Shown here: one piece after another, positions 8,229-17,690 of the stretch | Numbering within the stretch: the first letter of the stretch is position 1 | How the letters are laid out: every line of letters begins with the position of its first letter | Assembly (NCBI GenBank): GCA_963718515.1 | Contig: OY970354.1 | Span: 366,942 to 430,941, forward strand | Length of the DNA: 64,000 bases | Origin: an uncultured bacterium | GTDB lineage: Bacteria; Patescibacteriota; Minisyncoccia; UBA6257; 2-01-FULL-56-20 | Direction of reading: 5' to 3' | Notes under the pieces: generated by a model | The model's database searches: none | What the model was told of the DNA's origin: nothing | The model's input: only the letters and a program-made list of their open reading frames with translations | Translations under genes and position numbers: made by a program

Positions 8229-9433
8229 CCCCATCTTCCCGTCCGAATGGCGTCATTGCGGTTGGTCATAAAAATCAACTCTAAAAAATGAAAACGCTTT
8301 CTTACGAGGAATATCAGGAAAAAGTATCGAACCTTAAAAATATGGACGACGTGGCGAGCTTCGTAAAGGAGCTCGTTGCTCCGGCCGTTGAAATAATCAC
8401 CGAAGAACGGCCGCCCGCGGCGACCTTCACAAAGCACAAGAGGATTAAAACCAACCTTCCGATCCCGAAGAGATATGAGATCGCGGAAAATGACGTGGAG
8501 CAGAACATCATCGCGCTCTATGCGCGGGGACTTACCACGCGCGACATTACAAGCTATCTCAAAGAGCATCACGGGATTGAGGTATCTCAAGCGACCATTT
8601 CCTCGATCACGGACAAAATGTATCCGCTCATCAAGGAATGGCAAACGCGCCCGCTATCGTCCGTGTATCCCTTCATTTACCTCGACGGCTTGCACTTTAA
8701 GGTGCGAGAATCGGGCAAGATCGTGAACCGGTGTGCCTATATCGTCCTCGGCGTGAACTCGCAGGGCTATAAGGAAGTGCTGGGTATCTGGATAGGGGAA
8801 ACCGAAGGGGCGAAGTTCTGGATGCACGTCTTGAACGAGATCAAAAACCGTGGCGTGGAAGATATTTTGATCGCTTGCATTGACGGCCTCAAAGGATTCT
8901 CCGAAGCCATCAATGCCATCTATCCGGAAGCGCAGGTGCAGCAGTGCATCGTGCATCAGATCAGGCACACGGTTAAATTCTTGCCCCACAAGGACCGCGA
9001 GGCGTTTTGTAATGACCTCAAGGCCGTCTACGGCGCGCTGAATGAAGAAACGGGGCGAGACGCATTGCAGAAGCTCAAGGCGAAGTGGCCACGCTACCAG
9101 CCGTACCTTCGTTCATGGGAAGAAAAATGGAACGAGCTCATGCCGTTCTTTGAGTATCCCGAAGCGATCAGAAAGAGTATCTACACGACAAACGCGATCG
9201 AGAGCTTGAATCATCAGTTTCGCAAAGTTACGAAGACCACGACTGTCTTTCCGCATGATGAATCGCTGGAGAAGTTACTGTGGCTCGCGCAAGACGACAT
9301 TGCGAAGCGGTGGATACACACTGTCCGCCGGTGGGGAGAGATCGTCATGCAATTGATGATCCTTTTCCCCGGCAAAATAGAACTCTAATAAAACTAACAG
9401 CTAATCGCACTGGCGCCTTCGGATAAGATGGGA
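8229..9433. mobile_element. IS256-family insertion sequence
   Basis: Mutator-type transposase flanked by imperfect ~30-bp terminal inverted repeats (cccatcttcccgtccgaatggcg… / …cgccagtgcg…ccgaaggataagatggg reverse-complemented). Confidence 0.6.
8288..9388 (+). CDS. IS256-family (mutator-type) transposase
   Basis: 366 aa with the conserved C-terminal YTTNAIESLNHQFRK motif and the DDE region typical of IS256. Confidence 0.85.
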   Translation: MKTLSYEEYQEKVSNLKNMDDVASFVKELVAPAVEIITEERPPAATFTKHKRIKTNLPIPKRYEIAENDVEQNIIALYARGLTTRDITSYLKEHHGIEVSQATISSITDKMYPLIKEWQTRPLSSVYPFIYLDGLHFKVRESGKIVNRCAYIVLGVNSQGYKEVLGIWIGETEGAKFWMHVLNEIKNRGVEDILIACIDGLKGFSEAINAIYPEAQVQQCIVHQIRHTVKFLPHKDREAFCNDLKAVYGALNEETGRDALQKLKAKWPRYQPYLRSWEEKWNELMPFFEYPEAIRKSIYTTNAIESLNHQFRKVTKTTTVFPHDESLEKLLWLAQDDIAKRWIHTVRRWGEIVMQLMILFPGKIEL

Positions 9434-9795
9434 AAATCTGGGGGGCTTCCCAAATTCCCCCAAAGGTGCTAATTTTTAAGTACAAATTAATATGTAATAG
9501 GTAGCCTAAACCCCGCGAGTAATCGCGTGGCATGGCAACAGAACCGATGAGAGACAAAAAGCTCCTAGTCAGAGCACTCTCATCGGTCATATCTCGAAAG
9601 GGATATGGGTGTCGCAAGGCATCGCTGGCTGGGAGCTTTTTGCGTCAAGCCGGCACGACTAACCTATTGCACTTAGGTCGAAAAGATTTAAAATCAAAGG
9701 TAAGGAGATGCCAGCACCCCGCGGCATTCTATAATATGTTTATAATTTTTGGCACGCGTAGTATCTTGAAAAACTTAGGCATAGTTTTCAAGAAT

Positions 9796-10224
9796 ATGTG
9801 TAACAATTGCCACAACGAAAAGTATTGGGTCTTGACCCGTACCACGAGGTGGTTTACGTTATTTTTTATACCTATTTTTCCAACCTCATCTAGGTATTCG
9901 TTGAGCTGTCCTGTCTGCAAATACGGGATAAAACTAAATCAGGAACAGATTGAGAAATATAAACCCATCGCGGAGGCGAACACACTTTTGGCAAATGGCG
10001 CAATCACTCAAGAAGAATATCAAGAACGCCTTAATCTTCCGAAAACGGTTCAAAGCGATGTTTCGGTCCCTGAATCAGTTGCTGCTCCTAGTCTTGTGTC
10101 TGCTGCCGTTTCTACTCAAGCGGCGGTTCGTGCTCAAACCCTAGCTGCGTATTGCAAGGAATGTGGAACACGATCGGACGGAGGAAAATTCTGTGGTCAA
10201 TGCGGAAATTTAATGACTGCCTAA
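9796..10224 (+). CDS. zinc-ribbon domain protein
   Basis: N-terminal CNNCHN…CPVCKYG and C-terminal CKECG…CGQCG zinc ribbons. An upstream in-frame ATG at 9735 is an alternative start. Confidence 0.45.
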   Translation: MCNNCHNEKYWVLTRTTRWFTLFFIPIFPTSSRYSLSCPVCKYGIKLNQEQIEKYKPIAEANTLLANGAITQEEYQERLNLPKTVQSDVSVPESVAAPSLVSAAVSTQAAVRAQTLAAYCKECGTRSDGGKFCGQCGNLMTA

Positions 10225-10231
10225 TAAACCC

Positions 10232-10426
10232 ATGACCATCATTTATGATTTTCTGATTAACTATGGCTATCCGATCCTTTGTGCGGGATCATTTTTAGCC
10301 GGTCTTTATTATTGGGACATTCGACCCGATTTTCGGAAAGAGACGATGTTTTGTCCTAGCTGCGGTACCCTCATTAAAAAGGGCAGTAAATTTTGTGCAA
10401 AATGTGGCCAAAAAGTTGAAATGTAA
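10232..10426 (+). CDS. small zinc-ribbon protein
   Basis: Contains CPSCG…CAKCG. May initiate at the internal ATG at 10346, giving MFCPSCG…. Confidence 0.4.
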   Translation: MTIIYDFLINYGYPILCAGSFLAGLYYWDIRPDFRKETMFCPSCGTLIKKGSKFCAKCGQKVEM

Positions 10427-10431
10427 CTTTA

Positions 10432-12297
10432 ATGAAGGACCAATTTTGTACAGCTTGCGGCGCGAAGATAAAAGAAGGAGTTAAATTTTGCACGAGCTGT
10501 GGCAAGTCCATTAACGCAAAGGCGAGTGATTCGGATTCTAAAATTAAGCATCACGTTTCAGTACCGATAGACAGTCCATCGCCAGTGCATCCCGCGCCTT
10601 CCGAAGAAACGGCAAAAAAGCATGGAAATGGGGGATGGATAGCCGCTCTTATTGTGGCCGCCGTTGTTCTTATTATTATCTTTGCCTCAATTTTTGATCA
10701 TAGTGGAAATACTAATGGCACCTCTGCTAAGTCAGTAAATTCCACTTCGGCCAGTAATAATGTCCAAGCGTCAGTCGTGGGTATCTATTGTGATAATGAT
10801 GAAGGTGGATCTGGTACGATGTTCACTACCGATGGAACCGTCCTTACTAATAATCACGTGATCACAGGCGCAACGTCGTGTAAGGTTACAATCCCGAATC
10901 CTACGACCGGAGGCATAGCAGAAATATATGAAGCAACGCCAGTTGTTACTCCAAAGCTAAGCAAGGAATATGATATAGCCACAGTAAAAATTACCGGTTC
11001 GTATACTGATGCTAGCGGCACCACGTGGGGAAGTTATCCTACTACCTTTACTGCATTTACGTTGCCGAGCACTTGTAACACTAGCACCCCTTCCCAGCTC
11101 GGCGATACAGTTAAGATTTATGGCTATCCTATTACCAGTGGAGAACTTAATCTTACGGAGACGGACGGAATTGTAAGCAGCTTTGCAGAGGATGGAGATA
11201 TACTCACTTCGGCTAAGGTTGATAGCGGTAATTCGGGTGGGCTTGCAGTGGATCAAAACGGTTGCTGGCTGGGAATACCATCAGCGGTGGTTTCTGGTAA
11301 CTATCAAAATCTAGGCGTAATTATTCCGGGAAGTGTAGTGGAAAATATTATGAGTGGTGCTCCTGCTAAATATGAACCTGCCGTTGCTAGTTCCGGAGCA
11401 AGCGCTCTTGTTGCGGCTGTTGCAGCATCTACTCCCCAGGAAACTAATGATCAAGTTTGCCAAGATAATTATGGATCGAATAGTCAATTTGATGGAAACA
11501 CCGCTAGCGATGGTACCCCATACTGTGATTGTAAGAGTGGTTATGAATGGGATGGAAGTGGCGATGCCTGTGCTACTCAAGTATCTCTACAGCAATCCTG
11601 TCAAAGCAGCTACGGAGTAGGAAGTTATGCTTATGAAAATGGTACAAAGGCACAATGTGGTTGCTCGACTGGGTATCAATGGAATTCGAACCAATCAGCC
11701 TGCGTGGCGGTTCAAGAAACCCCCCAACAGGTTTGCCAAGACAATTATGGTTATAACAGTGAGTATTCGGGTCAAACAAATAATCAAGGTGGTCCAGTAT
11801 GCCAGTGTCAGTCAGGTTATGTTTGGAATAGTGCTCAAACTGCGTGCGTAGCGCCGCCTAGTTGCACAGCATTTTCTACTTATAATCCATCAACCAATCA
11901 ATGCGAATGTGATTCTGGATATATAGCTGATGGCGATGTTTGTGAATCAGCCACAACCTATTGCCAAGACTCGGAGGGATACGGCGCCAATTATGACGCT
12001 GATACCAATACCTGCGGATGCAGCGCGGGTTATAGTTATAGCGACGGCCGATGTGAAGATGATTATTCGTATTGTACAGATTTGGATGGAGCTGGAGCAA
12101 CGTATGATGCTGGAACAAACTCATGCACATGCGAAAGCGGCTATGTTTCGAGCGGTGGCCGATGTGTATCAGGTTATACTTATTGTGAAGATTACGGTGG
12201 CTATGGCGATCAGTACGATTCTGCCACGGGGCAATGTACCTGCGAATATGGGTATGAATGGAACGGATCAAGCTGCGTATATGAGCCTAATTATTAA
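10432..12297 (+). CDS. zinc-ribbon / TM / trypsin-like serine protease protein with C-terminal Cys-rich tandem repeats
   Basis: 621 aa. N-terminal CTACG…CTSCG, one TM helix, S1-like protease core (TNNHV…DSGNSGG) and about eight ~40-aa repeats C.DNYG…C.C..GY.W…. Confidence 0.7.
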   Translation: MKDQFCTACGAKIKEGVKFCTSCGKSINAKASDSDSKIKHHVSVPIDSPSPVHPAPSEETAKKHGNGGWIAALIVAAVVLIIIFASIFDHSGNTNGTSAKSVNSTSASNNVQASVVGIYCDNDEGGSGTMFTTDGTVLTNNHVITGATSCKVTIPNPTTGGIAEIYEATPVVTPKLSKEYDIATVKITGSYTDASGTTWGSYPTTFTAFTLPSTCNTSTPSQLGDTVKIYGYPITSGELNLTETDGIVSSFAEDGDILTSAKVDSGNSGGLAVDQNGCWLGIPSAVVSGNYQNLGVIIPGSVVENIMSGAPAKYEPAVASSGASALVAAVAASTPQETNDQVCQDNYGSNSQFDGNTASDGTPYCDCKSGYEWDGSGDACATQVSLQQSCQSSYGVGSYAYENGTKAQCGCSTGYQWNSNQSACVAVQETPQQVCQDNYGYNSEYSGQTNNQGGPVCQCQSGYVWNSAQTACVAPPSCTAFSTYNPSTNQCECDSGYIADGDVCESATTYCQDSEGYGANYDADTNTCGCSAGYSYSDGRCEDDYSYCTDLDGAGATYDAGTNSCTCESGYVSSGGRCVSGYTYCEDYGGYGDQYDSATGQCTCEYGYEWNGSSCVYEPNY

Positions 12298-12308
12298 AAG
12301 CTAAAAAT

Positions 12309-12782
12309 ATGTTCTGCTCTAGCTGTGGATCAAAATTAGAAGATGGCACGAAATTTTGTGGTACTTGTGGCGCCCCGGCCGGTAAAAAAATAGCTATAGA
12401 ATCGGCAGTAGCGCCCACTCACTCCATGACATCTTTAAAGGTACTATCAATCATAGGAATTATCTTCGCGGTAATTTGTTTTCTTTGTGCGGCCGGGCTT
12501 ATTAATAGCGATGCCGTCGCTGCGGCTGGCTGGGGAATTTATGGTGAGGTTTATCTCTTAGCACTTTCGATTGTGGCTTTGGTTAAATCAGGCTCACAGC
12601 GTACGAAAGCTTTACGGGCGTTATCAATCATAGGAATTATTGTTGCTGCGCTTTGTTTCTTTTTTGAGGTTATTTTGCTAAGTAGCAATAGTAACTTTGA
12701 TGCGGCTGGCTGGGGCTTTTATACCTATATTTATTTATTAATTTTCTCTATCGTCGCCTTAGTTAAATCAGGTAAAAAATAA
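12309..12782 (+). CDS. zinc-ribbon membrane protein with internal duplication
   Basis: MFCSSCG…CGTCG ribbon followed by two copies of a ~50-aa two-TM unit (ALSIIGII…IVALVKSG). Confidence 0.55.
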   Translation: MFCSSCGSKLEDGTKFCGTCGAPAGKKIAIESAVAPTHSMTSLKVLSIIGIIFAVICFLCAAGLINSDAVAAAGWGIYGEVYLLALSIVALVKSGSQRTKALRALSIIGIIVAALCFFFEVILLSSNSNFDAAGWGFYTYIYLLIFSIVALVKSGKK

Positions 12783-12819
12783 AGATGCAGATTTCGATCT
12801 AGCCTCGCCGCTTTCAATA

Positions 12820-13299
12820 ATGAATAACGAGATCAATTTTAGTAGACAGCTTATTAAGGGGAAAATCGTTGAGATGATTTTCGAGATGATGATGCGCGAG
12901 ATGGATCGTGTTACTGTTTTGCGAGCCGGATATGAATATACCCATCCGGAATTGGCGCAATATCAGCAGCTCCTACAAGATAAGGGCCGCGAAGTACTTA
13001 AATTTTTTGAGCACAACCCTGATTTTATTTTATTCAAAAAGGATAAAACGCAGCTCTATCTCGTTGAAGTTAAATATCGGCACTATCTTGATCCCGAAAA
13101 AATCAGAGAGATAGCTGAGGAAAAATTAGAACGCTCGGAACACATTTGGCTTTTTCTTGCGACGCCCGATGGCTTCTTTTTTTCTCAATGCAAGGATATT
13201 GCTCAAATGGGTGCTATCCAGCCCCTCTCTCCCAATTGGGTTTCCGAAGAAGTCCAGAGGAATTATCTTACGCTCCTGAAAGAATTTATAAAGCAGTAG
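12820..13299 (+). CDS. hypothetical protein with PD-(D/E)xK-like motif
   Basis: 159 aa. …HNPDFILFKKDKTQLYLVEVKYR fits a PD…ExK nuclease core. This is inference only. Confidence 0.4.
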   Translation: MNNEINFSRQLIKGKIVEMIFEMMMREMDRVTVLRAGYEYTHPELAQYQQLLQDKGREVLKFFEHNPDFILFKKDKTQLYLVEVKYRHYLDPEKIREIAEEKLERSEHIWLFLATPDGFFFSQCKDIAQMGAIQPLSPNWVSEEVQRNYLTLLKEFIKQ

Positions 13300-13308
13300 C
13301 GTTTTCTT

Positions 13309-13533
13309 TTATTCGCTGAGTTGTTCCAACTGATATAACACTCTTGCTTCGATCTGTGCGATCCTCGTACCGCTGATCCCAAAATGCGCGCCACATTCTT
13401 TTAGGGTATGCGGTTTCCCGTCGGTAAGGCCGTGCTTGTATTCAAAGACTTCAAAATAGCGAGGGTGTAGCCCTAACGAAGGCTTAGTCGCCAGATATTT
13501 CTTGTTTATCTCGCTCTGGACTTCCTTTTGCAT
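13309..13533 (-). CDS. sigma-70 region-4-like HTH protein
   Basis: 74 aa. …LTDGKPHTLKECGAHFGISGTRIAQIEARVLYQLEQ resembles sigma-70 region 4.2. Confidence 0.5.
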   Translation of the reverse strand: MQKEVQSEINKKYLATKPSLGLHPRYFEVFEYKHGLTDGKPHTLKECGAHFGISGTRIAQIEARVLYQLEQLSE

Positions 13534-13609
13534 TCTGATATGCTATATTCTATCACATCAGCCCGTTTTGGCTAAACTAGCCAGTTTCGGCTCATGGAGA
13601 CCCACCTAA

Positions 13610-14488
13610 ATGCCTACCCCAACCAAGAAATATCCCTTTACCTTCCAAGAGTTACCGCTTCAAAAGGTTGAGCAAGATCCGGATCAACCGAGAAAGAACT
13701 TCGGCACCGATGACGATGAAAATCGTCTTCTTTTATCCATCCAAGAGTACGGCATACAGCAACCTTTGGTGGTTAGTGAAGTTGAAGACGGTAGATACAT
13801 TATCCTCGATGGCCACCGGCGTTATATTTGCGCTCAAAAGTTAGAGCTTGATGTCGTGCCGTGCCGGGTATACCCCAAGCTTCCAGTGGGCCAGTTTGAG
13901 ACGTTGCGCTATGAGATTCAGAATAATCGCCGTCCGTGGAAACCGCTTGAGCGCGCCGAGGCATTAAAAACCATAAAAGAAGCAATGCGTTTTGAGAATA
14001 ATAAACAACTCGCGGAGCATATTCATATGAGCGAGGCATCCGTCTCGAATTCCATTCAGCTCGCCAAAGAGAAAAGTACCTTTTTGGAGATGATGGCGAG
14101 TTACGGTTTATCAGAAGCGTATCAAGTGGAGTTTATTCATCTCAAGGCGAAATTGAGAAGGATAAAAAAACTTGAGGTGGTGGATATTACTAAGTTGCTT
14201 TTTCAGAAGGTGCAGGATAAGGTGATCCGCAGCGCAAAAGACTTTCGGAAGTTCGGAAAGATTTTCTCTCGCGCAACGGCTAACGAGGAGCAGATTTATA
14301 AATTTCTTACTGATCCTGATATGACAGTGAACGAGCTAAGCCAGCGGACCGTGCAGTCGGGGCGATCGCTTCTTATCGAGCAGTTGATCCGAGAGATAGC
14401 GAACACTCGACAGAAAGGCGTATCGTTCAGCACTCAAGAAAAAACTTCGTTGAAGCATTTATCCGAGCTTCTTGAGAAGGTCCTTTAA
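13610..14488 (+). CDS. ParB/Spo0J-family (ParB N-terminal nuclease-like domain) protein
   Basis: Q.D..QPR..F box and ILDGHRRY (GxRR) motif of the ParB N-terminal domain. No adjacent ParA. Confidence 0.65.
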   Translation: MPTPTKKYPFTFQELPLQKVEQDPDQPRKNFGTDDDENRLLLSIQEYGIQQPLVVSEVEDGRYIILDGHRRYICAQKLELDVVPCRVYPKLPVGQFETLRYEIQNNRRPWKPLERAEALKTIKEAMRFENNKQLAEHIHMSEASVSNSIQLAKEKSTFLEMMASYGLSEAYQVEFIHLKAKLRRIKKLEVVDITKLLFQKVQDKVIRSAKDFRKFGKIFSRATANEEQIYKFLTDPDMTVNELSQRTVQSGRSLLIEQLIREIANTRQKGVSFSTQEKTSLKHLSELLEKVL

Positions 14489-14493
14489 TCCCG

Positions 14494-15840
14494 ATGCTCT
14501 CCATCTCATCGCCAGCGAAGAAAAAAGGTATCGCTTACTATCGTCATTCGGCCGAAGATAAGCAGGAGAATTCGGTTCCGATCCAAAGACAGCATACCCA
14601 AAAATTGACTGGTGAGAATAATGTTGAGCTTCTTCACGAGGAAGCTGATGAAGGCAAGTCGGGACTTCTCGCTGCTCGACCGGGATTCGAGAGGCTTTTT
14701 AAGGATTGGATCTTGAACCCTGATGCCCCATATTTTGAGTATGTATTTGTCTATGACGTTTCCCGGTGGGGTAGATTTCAAGATCCTGATGAGGCGGGAT
14801 ATTATGAGTTTCTTTGTAAACAAAAAGGTAAGAAAGTTATTTATGTTTCGCGGGGGTTTCCAAAAGAAGAACAACCCCAGCTCATTTCTCATCTTCAAAC
14901 ATCCATTGAGCGCTATATGGCGGCGGAGTACAGTCGGCAGTTGAGCGACAAGGTGTTTTATGGATGCGTGAAAGTTTCGGAGCAGGGATATTCGGCCGGT
15001 GGTACTTCGTGCTATGGGATGACGCGCCTTCTTTTGGATGCCAATAAGAAACCGATCAAAGCGCTCAAGCGTGGGGAATGGAAATCATTATCGAACGAAC
15101 GCGTTACGTTCGCACCGGCAAATGATGAAACCACGGAAGCGGTAAAAGAAATGTTTGTCCTGCTCGTGAAGAAATGGCGATCGCCGAAAGAGATCGCAGA
15201 AATTTTAAATGAGAGGCAGATTCCATCGGCGACTGGTGGATTATGGAATAGCCAAAAAGTAATTCATGTGCTTACGAATGAGACCTATACCGGCTCGCGC
15301 ATTTATAACAAGACATGGGGGCGCTTGAAGCAAAAGATGCGGCAAAATCCTCGGAATGAATGGGTGATCAAACCGAACGCCTTTGATGCCATTGTCGAGA
15401 GCGATGTTTTCCGCGAAGCGCAGGAACATTTATATTGGCTTCTCGATTCAAAATGGAAGCGGGGGATCTATGCGACTAATCGCGTGAGAAAGTTAATCCG
15501 CGAGGATCTCCGCGGCATACTCTCGAAACGAGGTATCGCATATGATGACATCGAAGAAACATTGAATAAAATCCCGATCGTTTTTGGTGTTCGTTTTTAT
15601 CACAATTCAATTCCTCATTGGTGCTTCTTGATTGAAGAAACGGCTCGCAACTATGATTTTGTCATTGGAGTAAGTGTCGCTATGGATCAGCGAGAACCAA
15701 TCGACAGATTTTTTCTTATTCCGACGAACGATTTTAATGGCGTAAACTTTAACGTTTTTTCCGAAACGGATGATTGCTATGGGAAATATAAAATAGAGGA
15801 AAGTAAGGTTGAAGAAAAAGTGCTTTCGTTTATTGCCTAA
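14494..15840 (+). CDS. large serine recombinase
   Basis: N-terminal resolvase motif YYRHSAEDKQENSVPIQRQ…FVYDVSRWGR plus recombinase domain (…LWNSQKVIHVLTNETYTGSRIYNK). Confidence 0.8.
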   Translation: MLSISSPAKKKGIAYYRHSAEDKQENSVPIQRQHTQKLTGENNVELLHEEADEGKSGLLAARPGFERLFKDWILNPDAPYFEYVFVYDVSRWGRFQDPDEAGYYEFLCKQKGKKVIYVSRGFPKEEQPQLISHLQTSIERYMAAEYSRQLSDKVFYGCVKVSEQGYSAGGTSCYGMTRLLLDANKKPIKALKRGEWKSLSNERVTFAPANDETTEAVKEMFVLLVKKWRSPKEIAEILNERQIPSATGGLWNSQKVIHVLTNETYTGSRIYNKTWGRLKQKMRQNPRNEWVIKPNAFDAIVESDVFREAQEHLYWLLDSKWKRGIYATNRVRKLIREDLRGILSKRGIAYDDIEETLNKIPIVFGVRFYHNSIPHWCFLIEETARNYDFVIGVSVAMDQREPIDRFFLIPTNDFNGVNFNVFSETDDCYGKYKIEESKVEEKVLSFIA

Positions 15841-16126
15841 TTTTAACGCCTTTCACGCTGAACCAGAAAAAGGCATAGAGGACTGTCAACAGGATAATCA
15901 CAAGAAATACAGAGATCACGATCTCGCCGTAAGTGAAGCCATTATAATAGCTATTATCGGTCGAAGTGCTTTCTCCGTAGAGAGTAAGGCATGTTGAGCT
16001 ACCGAATTGGAAGGTCCCGCTATCCGTAGAAGTAGCGGGATTTAAATTTCCTCCGGTCAACACCATCGGATTGCTATAGCTGCATGTCGTGGTTGCGTTG
16101 GTCATTTTTATATTAGTGGCGTCCAA
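15830..16126 (-). CDS. small secreted/membrane protein
   Basis: 98 aa, T/S-rich with a C-terminal TM helix. Confidence 0.3.
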   Translation of the reverse strand: MDATNIKMTNATTTCSYSNPMVLTGGNLNPATSTDSGTFQFGSSTCLTLYGESTSTDNSYYNGFTYGEIVISVFLVIILLTVLYAFFWFSVKGVKIRQ

Positions 16127-16181
16127 CCGTCTGACGGTCCCACGCCTTCATTTTAACTCCCGTAGTCAAGGTCGATCAAAA

Positions 16182-16199
16182 GCCAAAGTGTTGATAACT
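16182..16199. repeat. 18-bp direct repeat copy (gccaaagtgttgataact) of the site at 3381
   Basis: Exact 18/18 match to 3381..3398. No inverted partner here. Confidence 0.7.
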
Positions 16200-16262
16200 C
16201 AAAATAATTCAAGAACGACAATTTAAAAATAAGGGTGGGTAGGGGATAGGGTAAATTGCTAT

Positions 16263-16291
16263 TTGACATATAAAATAAGGTATGGTACAAT
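16263..16291 (+). promoter_or_regulatory. sigma-70-like promoter candidate (TTGACA-17-TACAAT) upstream of integrase
   Basis: Consensus -35 TTGACA, 17-nt spacer, -10 TACAAT. A perfect 7-bp hairpin gcccacc…ggtgggc follows at ~16425..16448 before the integrase start. Confidence 0.45.
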
Positions 16292-16443
16292 CTAAAGGTC
16301 AAAAATTAATAACTTCCCATTGTCCCGCAAGGGTCGGCCGAAAGGCTTAATTCAACCAATGGGCTTCGTAAATCGCTTAAATTGATTTATTATTTAAGCG
16401 GTGCTGCCGAAAGGTAGTACCAGCACGAGCCCACCGAGTTGAA

Positions 16444-17532
16444 TTGGTGGGCTTTGTGTTTATGAAATTAAGCGAAGCAATCAAAAATTTTATTTCGTTA
16501 AGAGAGGCGAAAGGACCACGCGCACGAAAAACCGCCGCGCGGTATTTAACCGTGCTCCGCCCTTTCTGCCTGTGTATGCAAGATCCGGAAGTTGAAGATC
16601 TCGACATCGAGCATGTGCTTTGGTACCTGAATGAGATGGAACGATTGGGATGGAAACCAAACGGAAGAAATCTCGCAGCGCTCGGATTAAGAAAATTTTT
16701 CGAGTACTGCAACCTGCGTGGCTATCCGGTTTTTAACGAGCAGCTCATTCCGGTGCCGGAGCGTGCGACGAATATCCCGCGGGTGGCAGATGAGCAATCA
16801 TTTGAAAAAATTATTGAGCAACTTCCCGCAGATTCAAACAGGCCGAACCATATTCGTAACCGGGCGCTCGTGATGCTCTTGTGGGATACTGGCGCACGTA
16901 ATGGTGAACTATGTTCTTTGAACACAGCTGATTTGCAATTTAGTAAAGACAATTCAGGATCGGCTATCATCAAAACCGAAAAGTCTCGTGGTCGTCGGCC
17001 GATTCGACAAATTTTCTGGACACCGAAAACCGGTAAGGCGTTAAAGTTGTGGATCAAAAAGAAAGCTGAATTAGAAAAGCAATTTACGTTTGCTGATCCA
17101 GAAGCATTGTTTGTAACCATTCTCAAATGTCCGCAAGCTCCTTTGCGTGGTCGCCGGATGGTGAACACGAGTGTTTGCGAAGTGATGCGTGTTTTGTCTA
17201 ATCAAGCCGGATTGGCGACCGTGATCAATGCGCACGGCGCTCGACATGCAATGGGCCGCGACGCAGCAAAGGCATTACGAAGCGATACAGCCGTTGCAAA
17301 TATTCTTGGCCACTCAAACGTTGAGAGCTCGTACATTTATACGATGCTTTGGGGTGATGATCTGAAAGAGGAATGGCAAGAGGTTATGAAAAAACGCGGA
17401 GTGCCAATGGGTCGCCCGCCGGATACCTCATCGAGTTTTCCTAAACCTCGTCAATCACGATCGGACACGTTGCCGGGCAGATTGCGACCGCACCCAGTCG
17501 CTACATCTCGGCATGGCAGGATTATGAAATAA
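16444..17532 (+). CDS. int: tyrosine recombinase / phage integrase
   Basis: Conserved R…HxxR…Y motifs (…WDTGARNGELCSL…, HGARHAMG, LGHSNVESSYIYT). True start may be the ATG at 16462 (MKLSEAIK…). Confidence 0.85.
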   Translation: MVGFVFMKLSEAIKNFISLREAKGPRARKTAARYLTVLRPFCLCMQDPEVEDLDIEHVLWYLNEMERLGWKPNGRNLAALGLRKFFEYCNLRGYPVFNEQLIPVPERATNIPRVADEQSFEKIIEQLPADSNRPNHIRNRALVMLLWDTGARNGELCSLNTADLQFSKDNSGSAIIKTEKSRGRRPIRQIFWTPKTGKALKLWIKKKAELEKQFTFADPEALFVTILKCPQAPLRGRRMVNTSVCEVMRVLSNQAGLATVINAHGARHAMGRDAAKALRSDTAVANILGHSNVESSYIYTMLWGDDLKEEWQEVMKKRGVPMGRPPDTSSSFPKPRQSRSDTLPGRLRPHPVATSRHGRIMK

Positions 17533-17690
17533 CAGAATTTTTATATTGTGCATAAAATAACCGCGTTTTTTGCCGGGCGTGTTATAGTTGTATGGACGAG
17601 CAAGAAGGCACTTGCTCTTAATAATAATGACTAAATTTAATGAGGCAGGAAAGGTCGCAAGGGCTACTTTTCTCACCTGCTACAACAACG

